Below are positions 21,923-33,756 of a DNA stretch of 48,815 nt, piece by piece. A program made the position numbers and the translations under genes. This DNA is from Octopus bimaculoides. Lineage: Eukaryota. Below the pieces are notes generated by a model. It made no database searches. It saw only the letters and a program-made list of their open reading frames with translations, and was not told the origin of the DNA. Location of the stretch: assembly GCF_001194135.2 (NCBI RefSeq), contig NC_068988.1, positions 66,449,011 to 66,497,825 of the forward strand, written 5' to 3'. The first letter of the stretch is position 1, and each line of letters opens with the position of its first letter.

Positions 21923-23208
21923 CAGGGGTGGGGAAAAACCCCGCCCGCGGGCACAGTTGCGCCCGTGAGCTCATTCTATTGTGCGCGCAGGCTGATATAC
22001 TCATATATACAAAATATAGTAAATTTTTCAATCATAAAATTTATACAGTATTCGTATGCCTACTTGCAACACAGTTCACGTTTCCACTTCGACTTAAAAT
22101 GGTCAGACTCGAGCAGAAATCGTTCGATAATTGCCATTTGAATGGAAATCTTGTTTTCACTATGAAACACATATTGCTAGGATTGCACCACCTCCTTGAG
22201 ACCAAACTACACTCTAACTGAAAAATATAACTATAAACGTCCTTTAGCGAGGAAGATGGTTGTGTGGAAATAATAGTTTGCTGAGGTCACCAGTGTGGCG
22301 GTTTGTTGAATACCACCATCTTAACGTTGTCCGTTGGCTATTAGTTCGACAGAAGTTGTTCTCACGTCGGGTTGACTCCATGGTTATTGGTCGGAGATGA
22401 CGATGTCGGCGACGGTATATGTTGGTAACAGCGTGCAGCAGACAGACGTCTCCAACTGCGTTCATGTGTTCGTTCAACAGTGATGATACACAATAACAAC
22501 TCGCTTTAAGATTATAAGGTTTTATTGTAGCGTGGGTTACACATGAATTGCCTTGCATGGAGTTCTGTATAGAGTTGTGTAGTGTTTGATAGGGATGTCT
22601 CTAGTGTCTTAGCAGTAAATGAACGAGTGCGTGAAGTCATTAGTTGTGCTTTGTATATACAGAAGGAGACTTGATAGAAGTCTTTCAAGATAGCTTGAGA
22701 TAATGACACTGAGTTCGATCTATACTGCTAGCGCACGTGGAAGAAGAATGATCTTGTGTGAGAGTGGCCAGCGTTTAACGCGATAGAACAAAACTGCATG
22801 CCGGGATTCCTTCAGAAAAGCGAGACAGAACTGAAATGACCTCAACTGAACAGCTACATTATATGTGACAATAGGGCGTAGCAGAGAACGCCTGTTCGAG
22901 GGAGCCTATTATTTCAACCAATCACAGACTGAGTAGAGCTGTAAACTGACAGTGTCGTTGGAGCCCACTCTGAGATCCAAAAATTCACGTTTTGAACAAA
23001 TGCTAATACAGACATACTACAGTCCTAAATTCAGTGGCGGCGTTAATGAAGATATTACGCGTTAATTTAATAGGTTAAACTTATCTTTATTAATGTATAT
23101 CGAATTAGATATATACAAAATTTACACAGATATAAGAGTTAGAACTTGTGATCCGCCGGCGGAACTTTTTCTTAGGAAATTTTTGCCCGCCGCAGTTCGC
23201 CACTCCTG
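21923..23208 (+). mobile_element. Non-autonomous hAT (Charlie-like) element with perfect 8-bp TSD
   Basis: TSD ttataata at 21915-21922 and 23209-23216. Ends caggggtggggaa... and ...ttcgccactcctg. GC-rich gcccgcggg subterminal motifs; 1286 bp. Confidence 0.88.
22281..22870 (-). mobile_element. Possible LTR (TG...CA, 577 bp) plus primer-binding-site-like motif nested in the hAT element
   Basis: Minus strand starts TGTCACA at 22870, contains AATAAA, ends ...CCACA at 22294, and is followed directly by CTGGTGACCTCAG, resembling Gypsy PBS-type TGGTGACCCC motifs. No second LTR and no gag/pol. Confidence 0.3.
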
Positions 23209-23535
23209 TTATAATACAACCGAAAATCTTATATATNNNNNNNNNNNNNNNNNNNNNNNNNNNNNNNNNNNNNNNNNNNNNNNNNNNNNNNNNNNNNNNN
23301 NNNNNNNNNNNNNNNNNNNNNNNNNNNNNNNNNNNNNNNNNNNNNNNNNNNNNNNNNNNNNNNNNNNNNNNNNNNNNNNNNNNNNNNNNNNNNNNNNNNN
23401 NNNNNNNNNNNNNNNNNNNNNNNNNNNNNNNNNNNNNNNNNNNNNNNNNNNNNNNNNNNNNNNNNNNNNNNNNNNNNNNNNNNNNNNNNNNNNNNNNNNN
23501 NNNNNNNNNNNNNNNNNNNNNNNNNNNNNNNNNNN

Positions 23536-23617
<82 letters not shown>

Positions 23618-23639
23618 TATGGATATAGATATATATCTT

Positions 23640-23730
23640 TGTGTGCGTGCGTATTTGTCACTCTTCCATCACTTGACAACCGATGCTGTTGTGCTTATAT
23701 CCCCGTAACTTAGCGGTTTGGCAAAAGAGA
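23640..23730 (+). mobile_element. 3' portion of the microsatellite-containing SINE
   Basis: cacttgacaaccgatgctgttgtgcttatatccccgtaacttagcggtttggcaaaagagac. Confidence 0.75.
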
Positions 23731-24965
23731 CATTATTAGTTTAAGTGACATTTTTAGTTTAAAAACAATTTTCAAAATAACAATTGAGCATTCACTTTTG
23801 GTATGACTCTATGGTAGTTGAGTCAAATGTTTTGTGAAGATCAAGTAGTCTTGCTTCATGGTTTGTTGAACACTATAGCTTGTCGTAGAATAAAGGTTTC
23901 CTTTGTGTTATGGGGTTGGGGTATGCGTCACGAGTATGTACGTAGTGGTGTTTATATGTGTATGGGTGCGGTGAATGTGAGCAACATTTTAGAGATACGA
24001 ATGTGCTGGTTTATGTGCGTATGAGGGTGATAGATTATGCGTGTGCCGGTGTAGTGAGATGTATATGAGGGAGCATGCGTGCTAAGTGTTTGTGTTTTGC
24101 TGTTGTACATCGGCGGAGGATGTAGAAATAGACATGTAAAATAGTAAAAACCAATGATTCATGAACGACACCCCTTGAGTGATTTGTTCTGCATCGAGTT
24201 AAATACACTTCGCTTATCACTATTACCTCAAAAATGCAATGAACAATTGATTGACTGATTGTAAACTTGTAACCAATGACACTGTTGTTCACACAATCGG
24301 AAGTAATAAGACAAGTAAATAAATAAACAAATGAATACTTAAATAAGGAAATAAATAAGTAAATAAATAAATAAATGTAAGCTGAGGGAACCTTTATTAA
24401 TTATAAAGTTCTACTACTAATTACAATGTTGAACCATACCAACATTTCATTACCTATATATAAAGGTGTAATTCTCATTAGAATCACTGCTTCTCTGTTT
24501 ATCTCGTGTAGGCACATGATTCTTCATGCTGGAGTCTCTCATCAGTTGCCAAATTAATTCTTCCTTTTGATGCTTACAAGTGTTACACCTGTGACCTCGT
24601 TAGCAAACCACTTGTAATGCAATTTTTTTTATATATTAAGTTAATTATGCCTAACACGAATATGACTGAAGTTATAGATTTCTAAATAGCACTTTAAGAA
24701 CAAAACTAGATGGAGCACACACACAAAAAAAAAAAACAACAAAAAAAGGTAGATATAAACACATGAATATATAGATAAATAAAAACAAAAACAAACGAAC
24801 ATGTATTAACAGAGGATATAGATAATACAGGCACTCCCCATACACATACATGCACTTACAAAACATAGACACGTTAAAGGATACGCATGCGTAGACAATA
24901 GGAATACAAAATACAAAATGGCTGATAGTTAGCAAGGTGAGACACATAAGAAAGACGAAAGCAAA

Positions 24966-25030
24966 GGACCACTGATGAGGTCACAGAAGTGTGACAAAAG
25001 AACTCTGGCCGAAATAGGATTAATGTAATA
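24966..25030 (+). ncRNA. Hammerhead-ribozyme-like motif in an A-rich, Penelope-like terminal region
   Basis: Canonical core CTGATGA (24972-24978) and GAAA (25011-25014), joined by stem II GGTCA/TGGCC. Stems I and III are poorly supported. Confidence 0.4.
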
Positions 25031-25145
25031 TAAAGCTGAAGCAAATTAATACCAAATATACAGTGCGTGTGTTTTTATTGACTAAACTGGCAATATGACC
25101 ATCCCCAAGTACAACAATATATATATATATATATANNNNNNNNNN

Positions 25146-25185
<40 letters not shown>

Positions 25186-25599
25186 ATGCATATATTTCAG
25201 ATATAAATGCCAGCACTTTTAAACAAGATATGTAACTATATTCTTTCTCTCATATTGTTATACAAAAATGCCCAATGTGAAATATTGTCCAAATATTTAT
25301 AATTTTCACAGCTAATTTACGATTTAGGATTCATTAAGGTGTAATGAAATTTTGGGTGGATATATCTGATTTCTGCAGTAAAACGATTAACATATGATAA
25401 TTTTGCTGGAAATTAATCACAAAAACCCTGTGTTTTAGAGAAAACTAAACAAGATATTTCATATCTATGAAATAAGCTATCTTAAATTAGGCAAAAATAT
25501 TTCAACCGACAACTGAAACAGGATTCCATTTTCAACCTATATCTGGTATCGTTAGCTTTAGCAGGAGGGCACGCATTTTCGCTGGAAAAATATTATAGT

Positions 25600-25762
25600 T
25601 GAATGGAATCGACCCCAGACCATGACTGGTGCTATGTTATTGACCCCCAAAGACCAAAACAAAACCCGGCAAGGCTTGAGCTCAGAATACTTACGAAAAT
25701 AACTACACACAAAACATTTTGTTCGGCACTTTGCCTTTGTTGCTAACCACTGTCTTCGAAAC
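25600..25762 (-). mobile_element. Diverged tRNA-derived SINE
   Basis: aatcgaccccagaccatgactggtgc...cttgagctcagaa is a degenerate reverse complement of the 11148 family. Confidence 0.55.
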
Positions 25763-26232
25763 AAAACAACAATTATATGAGGAGATATGATTAATTATCG
25801 ATTTGAGTGGGAACAAATATCTGTTAAGGATCAATTTATGGATTAATTGATCTGTTTTTTAATATCAGGATATCATGTTCGTATTCTAATTAAAACATTG
25901 TCCTTGCGATTAAAAGCAGTTAGGTATGTATAGAAACATAACACTATAAAAGGTTGTATAAATATTTGAAGTTCATTTGGAATTGTCTTCTAAATAAGGT
26001 CAGAAATTAATTAAAAGTGGTCATATAAGAGAGATCATTTAATAATGATTTGACACATAAAAAGTTTCTTCAGATTAATTTCCTGCTCACAGCATGCAAA
26101 GTTTTCCCAGCTCAGGAACGTCACAGCATAACTCCATCCATCTATCCATCTATCTTCTTTGCTCTCTATTCCTAGGAGGTTCGTGTGAGTAGAGTCCTCT
26201 TGTACCTCCTCCATATGGTTCAATCAGAAGCA

Positions 26233-26514
26233 GCTTATGGTCATGAATTTTGGGTAATGACCTAAAGAGTACGATTGCAAATACAAGTGGCCAAAATAGG
26301 GTTCCTCCAAAGTGTCTCTAGAGTAACGTTACTCAACAGGTTGTATATCTTGGAGATCAGAAAGTCTCTCCAGATCAAGCCGCTACTCCTTTGAATTGAG
26401 AGGTCACAGTTCAGACATGCGATTAGAATGTTGCAGGGAAGAATCACAAGATGAATTCTTCAGGCCAAGCCAAATGACAGAAAACTTAGGAGTCCACTGA
26501 CCCGGTACAAGTGA
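26233..26514 (+). mobile_element. RTE-clade LINE, ORF C-terminal fragment (Expander/Rex3-like)
   Basis: AYGHEFWVMT*RVRLQIQVAKIGFLQSVSRVTLLNRLYILEIRKSLQIKPLLL*IERSQ... matches YGHE.WVMTER.R.RIQAAEM.FLRRV.G..L.DR...EPLLL.IERSQ. Confidence 0.85.
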
Positions 26515-26659
26515 CAAATCTCTTTGAGGCATATATATTCTGTTTCTATGAGTCTTTGTCTTCTAAACTAATGGGAATGGGATCTTTATAGGAATCTTAC
26601 TGCTTTCACTGTGGATAGATTTAGCATAGGGAAACAGCAGAGAAATAGGAAAAAATATC

Positions 26660-27022
26660 TCTTTTACTTTTACTTGTTTCAGTCATTTGACTGCGGCCAT
26701 GCTAGAGCACCGCCTTTAGTCGAGCAAATCGACCCCAGACCTTATTCTTTTTGGAAGCCTAGTACTTATTCTATCGGTATCTTTTGCCAAACCGCTAAGT
26801 TACGGGGACCATCGGTTGTCAAGCAATGTTGGGGGGACAAACACGGACACACAAACATATACACATACATACATATATATATACATATATACGACGGGCT
26901 TCTTTCAGTTTCCGTCTACCAAATCCACTCACAAGGCTTTGGTCAGCCCGAGGCTATAGTAGAAGACACTTGCCCAAGGTTCCACGCAGTGGGAATGAAC
27001 CCGGAACCATGTGGTTCACAGC
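26660..27022 (-). mobile_element. SINE with internal microsatellite (young copy)
   Basis: tttcagtcatttgactgcggccatgc...acatatatacgacgggcttctttcagtttccgtctaccaaatccactcacaaggc...gaacccggaaccatgtgg. Confidence 0.9.
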
Positions 27023-28323
27023 CACTCCTTCATTTAAAGCTTTTGGCTATCCATAACAACAGAAACAAATTACCGATTTGCTAGTTTCCTTAATGTATCA
27101 CTAGATCTGAATACTGGTTTATAGGCACAATATCAAATTTACTGAAAACCTAAGATATTTTAGTAGAAACTCAAATCGTCCCCGCACTGTTATAGATATA
27201 ATAATTAGTAACATATCCCATAGAATATCTAACCTTTTCGCAAATAAAACCATTTTAAATTCACTTGCGGATTACTACAATTCAGCACTCACTCGGACGA
27301 GCTACAGGGAAAGAAATTAAATATATTCCTATGAGTGGAATAATAATGCATCTTGGCAGTACTAATACTAGTGCAAAAATTAAGAAGGAATACGGAACTG
27401 TGAGACTGGAAAGATGCAAAAACTAAATAAGTGTAGCAGTGTGAAATACAAATATGATGGGTTTAGTGTGATTAGGAAATATAGGAATGAAGAGGGTAAT
27501 AATAACTATAGGAATACTGTAACTAATAGATCCACACCAAGCATTAAAACTTCTAGTAAAATTTATGCTAAAGGAGAGACTGATACAAGTAACTATCCTA
27601 CACGATTACATTGTGTGGAAGCTTCAAGCAAGATAGTATGAGGAAAATAAATTTTGGACTCAATGGAAATATCACAAAACATAAGTGTGGATATTATAGT
27701 GATAGAAACGATCACCCTAATGATATATCGGCTAAAAGGAGAATATTGTGGTATAATCCGGTATTTGGACTCCACGTTTCATTCAAAATTACTCTGGTGT
27801 ATTTTTTCTTTATTTTTTAATGAGTTGAACAAGCGTTTCCTCAAATCCAGTTGATTCCATAAGATCTTTAAAATAGACACAATGAAACTTCTCACGCAAC
27901 TTCTTACAGCTTTGAATGTTGTATTTTCAAATCGAATAATAGGAAACTTAACAAATAACAAGCATAACAATTTGTGGTAGCAATAATATGGAAACAGCCC
28001 AACCGAGTGTAGATGAATTGAGTAATAACATTGACATGGACACTAGTAATAATCTGATAGTTGATGAAAAAATAACGATACCAACTGTTCAAGGGTTTAA
28101 TATGGTGCTCATAGAAATATAACCGCAAATAGTAAGGATTGTGATAATAATCGTAACAATGATAAACAAATATTGATAATCATGATATTAACATTAATGA
28201 TATTAATTGAATTAGGAAAAACAAGAACAGCAGCGAGGATAATAACGGTTATCTGGTTAACAATAACAACAATGCTAATCACACATCTATTTGCAACAGT
28301 AACAATAAAGGTAACAACAGCAA

Positions 28324-28395
<72 letters not shown>

Positions 28396-28405
28396 GGGGT
28401 GATGG

Positions 28406-28448
<43 letters not shown>

Positions 28449-28990
28449 GAGTAGTAATGTAGTAGTAGTAGTAGTAGTAGTTACAAGAAAAGATTTAGTA
28501 ATGCGAGTAGTGTTAATGCTGTTTACGATATTAAAAGGTGTCCATCAAAAATAGAAGTGCCTGTCCTTTGGATAACAACTGCTTCCATAAAAAATGTCCT
28601 GTTCAGATTAAAGGAAACGAATATGGATAAGTTGGTGCAACGACGAACTTTTTCAAAATCCGATGGCGTAACCATGTGGCGTCCTTTGGAGATATAAATA
28701 AAAGACATAATATTTCTTTGGCTAGCCTTATCTGGCATTGGACAAGAAGGGAGATTCCATATATTTCCTTGTCAGTAGTAAGAACTGCATGCTGGTATGC
28801 CGAGAAGTCTAGGTTATATAATTTCTGTTTAGAAGAGATATAATGTATGTTATTATCTAAAGAAAATCTGATTAATAGACACTGGCTTATGAGATGCCAC
28901 CACTAGTTCGAAAAACCTTTAAAGAAAAATATAATAATATATTTATCAGAGAAAATACTAATTATTCCTATTACTATTGAAAGTTCATCT
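27023..28990 (+). mobile_element. Decayed, 5'-truncated Penelope-like retroelement: RT C-terminus, linker and GIY-YIG endonuclease
   Basis: FWLSITTETNYRFASFLNVSLDLNTGL (27041), YFSRNSNRPRTVI..ISHRISNL..YYNSAL, KRRILWYNPVF (27734), FHKIFKIDTMKL (27855), then NRSACPLDNNC..EYG*VGATTNFFKIRWRNHVASF..SLASLIWH..YNFCLEEI..ENLINRHWLMRCHH* (28539-28906). These match PLE motifs NFLDV.L, SNHP, IIWFNPP, KIFNRNT, CP..G.C, YIG.T..FK.R..NH, C.LCL.EK. Confidence 0.85.
28313..28480. repeat. Compound trinucleotide repeat (AAC/AGC)n-(AGT)n-(GGT)n-(AGT)n
   Basis: Seen directly; lies inside the PLE linker. Confidence 0.95.
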
Positions 28991-29022
28991 TACGAAACCT
29001 ACCAAAGGGACCTCTGCATTCA

Positions 29023-29280
29023 TTGTTGTCACTCCGTCGCTTACAACGTCGAGGGTTCCAATTGATCCGATCAACAGAACAGCCTGCTCGTGAAATTAAC
29101 GTGCAAGTGGCTGAGCACTCCAGAGACACGTGTACCCTTAACGTAGTTTTCGGGGATATTCAGCGTGACACAGTGTGACAAGGCTGACCCTTTGAATTAC
29201 AGGCACAACAGAAACAGGAAGTAAGAGTGAGAGAAAGTTGTGATGAAAGAGTACAGCAGGGTTCGCCACCATCCCCTGCC
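29023..29280 (-). mobile_element. Young SINE (33287 family); head lost in gap
   Basis: Reverse complement of about 33407-33670. Confidence 0.9.
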
Positions 29281-29537
29281 NNNNNNNNNNNNNNNNNNNN
29301 NNNNNNNNNNNNNNNNNNNNNNNNNNNNNNNNNNNNNNNNNNNNNNNNNNNNNNNNNNNNNNNNNNNNNNNNNNNNNNNNNNNNNNNNNNNNNNNNNNNN
29401 NNNNNNNNNNNNNNNNNNNNNNNNNNNNNNNNNNNNNNNNNNNNNNNNNNNNNNNNNNNNNNNNNNNNNNNNNNNNNNNNNNNNNNNNNNNNNNNNNNNN
29501 NNNNNNNNNNNNNNNNNNNNNNNNNNNNNNNNNNNNN

Positions 29538-29838
29538 TGGGAGTGTTTATTGAGCAAAAACACCTAAAGCTCCAGGAGGCTCCGGCAGGGGATGGTGGCG
29601 AACCCTGCTGCATTCTTCCACCACAACTTTCTCTTACTTCCTGTTTCTGTTGTGCCTGTAATTCAAATGGTCAGCCTTGTCACACTGTACCACGCTGAAT
29701 ATCCCCGAGAACTACGTTAAGCATACACGTGTCTGTGGAGTGCTCAGCCACTTGCACGTTAATTTCACGAGCAGGCTGTTGTGTTGATCGGATCAACTGG
29801 AAACCTCGACGTCGTAAGCGACGGAGTGCCAACAACAA
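29538..29838 (+). mobile_element. Young SINE (33287 family); head start lost in gap; (AAC)n tail
   Basis: gagtgtttattgagcaaaaacacctaaagctcc...gtcgtaagcgacggagtgccaacaacaat; near-identical to 33370-33673. Confidence 0.9.
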
Positions 29839-30589
29839 TAACTGCATATTCAATTTGCTTGAAAATTTGACTCAAGTCAATTGGAATGAATGTAAGAAGG
29901 GAAAAATCCTTTTTTTAATTTTTCATCTTTGTATATAAAGCACAAGCAGTCTTATTTAAACCTGTGTGTGCAGAGGTCTATTTACTTATTTTTTTCTTCT
30001 TGGTAAGTAGGACATGCCTTTAAGTATTAATAGCATTTGTATCCATTTTATCTGTGCTCGAGCGTGGGGGCGTGTGTTTGCGGCTAAGCGTTGAATTATG
30101 TGGTACTGTCATCTGACTCTGTGGTGCCAATATTTGGCTAACTGCAATAATGTGGCAGACAAACTACAAGCGTATGCCTGCATTTACTTGTCTGCATAGC
30201 AGATGAAAGAAATGTACCCCAAGACTGCTAAAAAGAACTTTTGAAGAACATCACTATAAAGTAACTTTCAAGACAGAAAATGTTAACAAGACTATAATTT
30301 ATTATACTGTCTAAAACAAAACTTCCCTTTCTCGTGTCTGTTTTTTTTTTTATTATTTGGTGGAGAAGGGGGTCTTTTTTTAATCCAGCCTTCTTGACTA
30401 GTTAATTCAAACCGTGGTTTGTTTTGTTTTGTTTCGCTTGTAATATGTAAATGTAACCATGTTAAACACTTCCCAGTATAAAATCGATAATTCAAGTATC
30501 TACAGCAAATAACTTTTATGCATGATTCTGAATAATTGCATCAACAGTAAAATTAGCAGTTATTCATGTTGAGTCTCTGGGTGTTTTAA

Positions 30590-31035
30590 GGAGCGCTTTC
30601 ATTTAACTGAGTGAAGAAGCGGAACCACTTGGCCTTAGAATCTCTTCTGCTAAGTCTAAGATCCAGTCCTTCATTGGCTTCTTGGAGGACACCACGTCGT
30701 CTGTCTATGTTGTTGGTGAGAATACCGAAGCTGTTGACCTCTTCACTTGTCTCAGTAATGAGATACATAGCAGCATTAGCTGTGGGTCTGAAGTCATAAA
30801 AGGACTTGGACGAGCTGATGCAGTTGTAGACTCATTTGACTGTGGTGTTTGGCGCTGCCGGTATCTGAGAAGTAGGACAATGTGTTGGTTCTTTTGGTCT
30901 CTGGTCCCCTCTGTCCTACTCTATAACTGTGAGACTTGGACACTGTCCGAAGCACTTAGGAGCCACCTGAACTTCTCTGGTACCAGGACGCTTTGCAGGA
31001 TTATGGATTACGATTGGTCAGATTTCATATCTTTG
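30590..31035 (+). mobile_element. RTE-clade LINE fragment, C-terminal part of RT (open 30608-31044)
   Basis: LSEEAEPLGLRISSAKSKIQSF...VGENTEAVDLFTCLSNEI...VWRCRYLRSRT...SVLLYNCETWTL...RTLCRIMDYDWSDFIS matches RTE motifs GL..S..KTK, F.YLGS.I, LLY.CETWTL, LRRI.G..W.D.VSN. Confidence 0.88.
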
Positions 31036-31444
31036 GGAGGGTAGTGGTTAACGATACACTTAATTTTGTCTATGAAATTGCTATGTGCTAAAGCACTATT
31101 GTAATACGGGGTTAACATACTCAAAATATACTTGTTAGAATACACGTTAATTTATATATTTGTGCGTTTATTCGAGAGTATGCTTTTGTGTGTTGAATCC
31201 CAAACTTAATTATTAATTCTTGTTTCCTTATCTAATAAAATAATTACAAAGGTGTCCCAACATTAATTCTTTCGTGAAATTATGTTTTATCTGAACCATC
31301 TTCTGTAAAGTAAAGTTCAAAATTATCTCTTCGAACTTAGACACAAACATTTTTATGGGAGAGAGAGGGACATATTGAATCCAGTCTATGGCTGGTATTT
31401 GTTATTGATGTTCTTTAGCAGCATATTCTTGTGTGCGTGTGTGT

Positions 31445-31489
<45 letters not shown>

Positions 31490-31955
31490 TGTGTTTGTGT
31501 GTGTGTGTACATACAGCAGTATGTGTTTACCTATATATGCGTATATCTGTCTATTTATTTATCCATGTATACACTCACACATATATGAATGAATGCATGT
31601 ATGTAAATATGTATAGGTATATGTGTGTGTGTATATTTGTTTATTCATTTTGTATAAATACAGGCATGTAGTTGTTAGCGTGGGCGTGTATTAACTTATT
31701 AGCTTATACAGTAAGATAATGGCTTCTGAACGAAGCAATGAGTTACCAAAGTGTTGTTATTAGTTTTGTAGATTGTATCTGTCTGTGTGTCGACAAGATG
31801 TTACTGGAGCAAACTATAAATAATTCATTTGAGTCATCATTGGCAATACTGAAGACGAATAAAACATAAACTTGAGACATTATAACACGGATTTGAGATA
31901 ATTAAAGTGAAAGACGAAAGAGTAGACTAACGAAAGATATAGAAAAATAAGGGAA

Positions 31956-31959
<4 letters not shown>

Positions 31960-32003
<44 letters not shown>

Positions 32004-32033
32004 AGAGAGAGGGAGAGAGAGGGAGAGAGAGGG
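31960..32033. repeat. (GA)n polypurine tract
   Basis: Seen directly. Confidence 0.95.
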
Positions 32034-32274
32034 TATCAAATGTTGTGATTATATTGACTTTGAATTTAAGGTCAGCAATTTCTTACAAAGCTGAGAAATT
32101 CTAAAGTATAAACACAATATAGCGGTGAAATTATACGTAATGTACACAGTGCTGCAATGTTGTGTCTACAGTCTAGTGGATTATATTGTGCATGAGTGGT
32201 CTGTAGTATTGTGTAGTAGAGTGTAGTGTACTATAGTATGGTATCAAAAGGAAACAAAGGACCAAATGTACTTG

Positions 32275-32490
32275 CCGAGCTATAGGATCATAAGGCCAGT
32301 TTCTCGGATTTTGCGACGTATGCATTCCTCCACCCGGACAGAAAGCTAGCCCGTCGCAGGATTACTCATTTTTGCCAGCTGAATGGACTGGAGCTATGCA
32401 AAATCAAGTGTTTCCCGGTCAAGGAATCGAATGCACAACCTTATAATGATGAATACAACACCCAAATCACTAAGCCACGCGCCTCCACAT
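32275..32490 (-). mobile_element. tRNA/CORE-type SINE with a third tail type
   Basis: ...cccgtcgcaggattactcatttttgccagctgaatggactggagc...cactaagccacgcgcctcca; same family as 35030-35460. Confidence 0.75.
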
Positions 32491-32509
32491 AGTAAATATA
32501 GTGTCATGT

Positions 32510-33218
32510 ACTCTAATTTTGGTACAATGCCAGCAATTTTGAGGGTGGGGAGGGGCTAGGACGACCCCGAGAGGATGAAAAGCAAAATCGACCGCGACGG
32601 AATTTGAACTCACACCGTGAAGACAAGCGAAATGCCGCTTAGCATTTTTCCCGGCGTGCTAATAATTCTGCTAGTTTTCTGCCTTAGAGCCTTGTAGCAC
32701 AAAAGTGTACTGCAATCCAAAGTCGTATACTCTACTGTACTGTGGTGTAACATAGTGTACTGTAGTTCTCTAGTATACTGAAGTATATTTTATCTACTCT
32801 AGGTACAAGGTCTGAAATTTGGGGGGAGGGGGCCAGTCGATTAGATCGACCCCAGTACGCAATTGGTACTTGATTTATCGACCCCGAAAAGATGAAATGC
32901 AAAGTCGACCTCGACGGAATTTGAACTCAGAACGTAAATACAGACGAAATACTGCTAAGCATTTCGCCCGGTGTGACAACGTTTCTTATTTCTTTATTGC
33001 CCACAAGGGGCTAAACATAGAGGGGACAAACAAGGACAGACAGGGATTAAGTCGATTACATCGATCCCAGTGCATAACTGATACTTAATTTACCGACCCA
33101 GAAAGGATGAAAGGCAAAGTCGACATCGGCGGAATTTGAACTCAGAACGTAACGGCAGACGAAATACCGCTAAGCATTTCGCCCGGCGTGCTAACGTTTC
33201 TGCCAGCTCGCTGCCTTA
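32510..33218 (-). mobile_element. Cluster of three same-orientation SINEs (11148 family): about 32510-32690, 32795-32987 and 32988-33218
   Basis: Each contains gaaaggcaaagtcgac...ggaatttgaactca. The third directly follows the second at aacgtttct|tatttctttattgccc. Confidence 0.85.
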
Positions 33219-33286
33219 GTATAGTGTAGTATACTTATAGTATTTTAGTATGATATGTTGTATTGTTCTGTACTATAGTATAATGT

Positions 33287-33673
33287 GTGGAGGCGCAATG
33301 GCCCAGTGGTTAGGGCAGCGGACTCGCGGTCATAGGATCGGGGTTTCGATTCCCAGACCGAGCGTTGTGAGTGTTTATTGAGCGAAAACACCTAAAGCTT
33401 CACGAGGCTCCGGCAGGGGATGGTGGCGAACCCTGCTGTACTCTTTCATCACAACTTTCACTCACTCTTACTTCCTGTTTCTTGTTTCTGTTGTGCCTGT
33501 AATTCAAAGGGTCAGCCTTGTCACACTGTGTCACGCTGAATATCCCCGAGAACTACGTTAAGGGTACACGTGTCTGTGGAGTGCTCAGCCACTTGCACGT
33601 TAATTTCACGAGCAGGCTGTTCCGTTGATCGGATCAACTGGAACCCTCGGCGTCGTAAGCGACGGAGCGCCAA
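33287..33673 (+). mobile_element. Full-length young tRNA-derived SINE with 15-bp TSD
   Basis: A box tggcccagtggtt, B box gtttcgattccc. TSD actat(a/g)gtataatgt at 33272-33286 and 33674-33688. Confidence 0.92.
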
Positions 33674-33756
33674 ACTATGGTATAATGTACTCACGATATT
33701 GTGAGCAGCAGAATATTGTACTATATCTATATAGCGTAATGTACTTTAATATAGGA

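Noticed and set aside
23800-24300. G/T-skewed island, possibly a minus-strand PLE terminal region; shares ccctcatacgcaca with about 46043
   Set aside because: One short match in low-complexity CA-rich sequence is not enough to call.
24955-24985. Permuted hammerhead using the upstream GACGAAA with CTGATGAGGTC
   Set aside because: Only 11 nt lie between GAAA and CTGATGA, too few for stems III and I.
28173-28418. Hydrophobic 81-aa ORF with poly-A/poly-V
   Set aside because: Alternative-frame reading of the triplet repeats inside the Penelope-like element.
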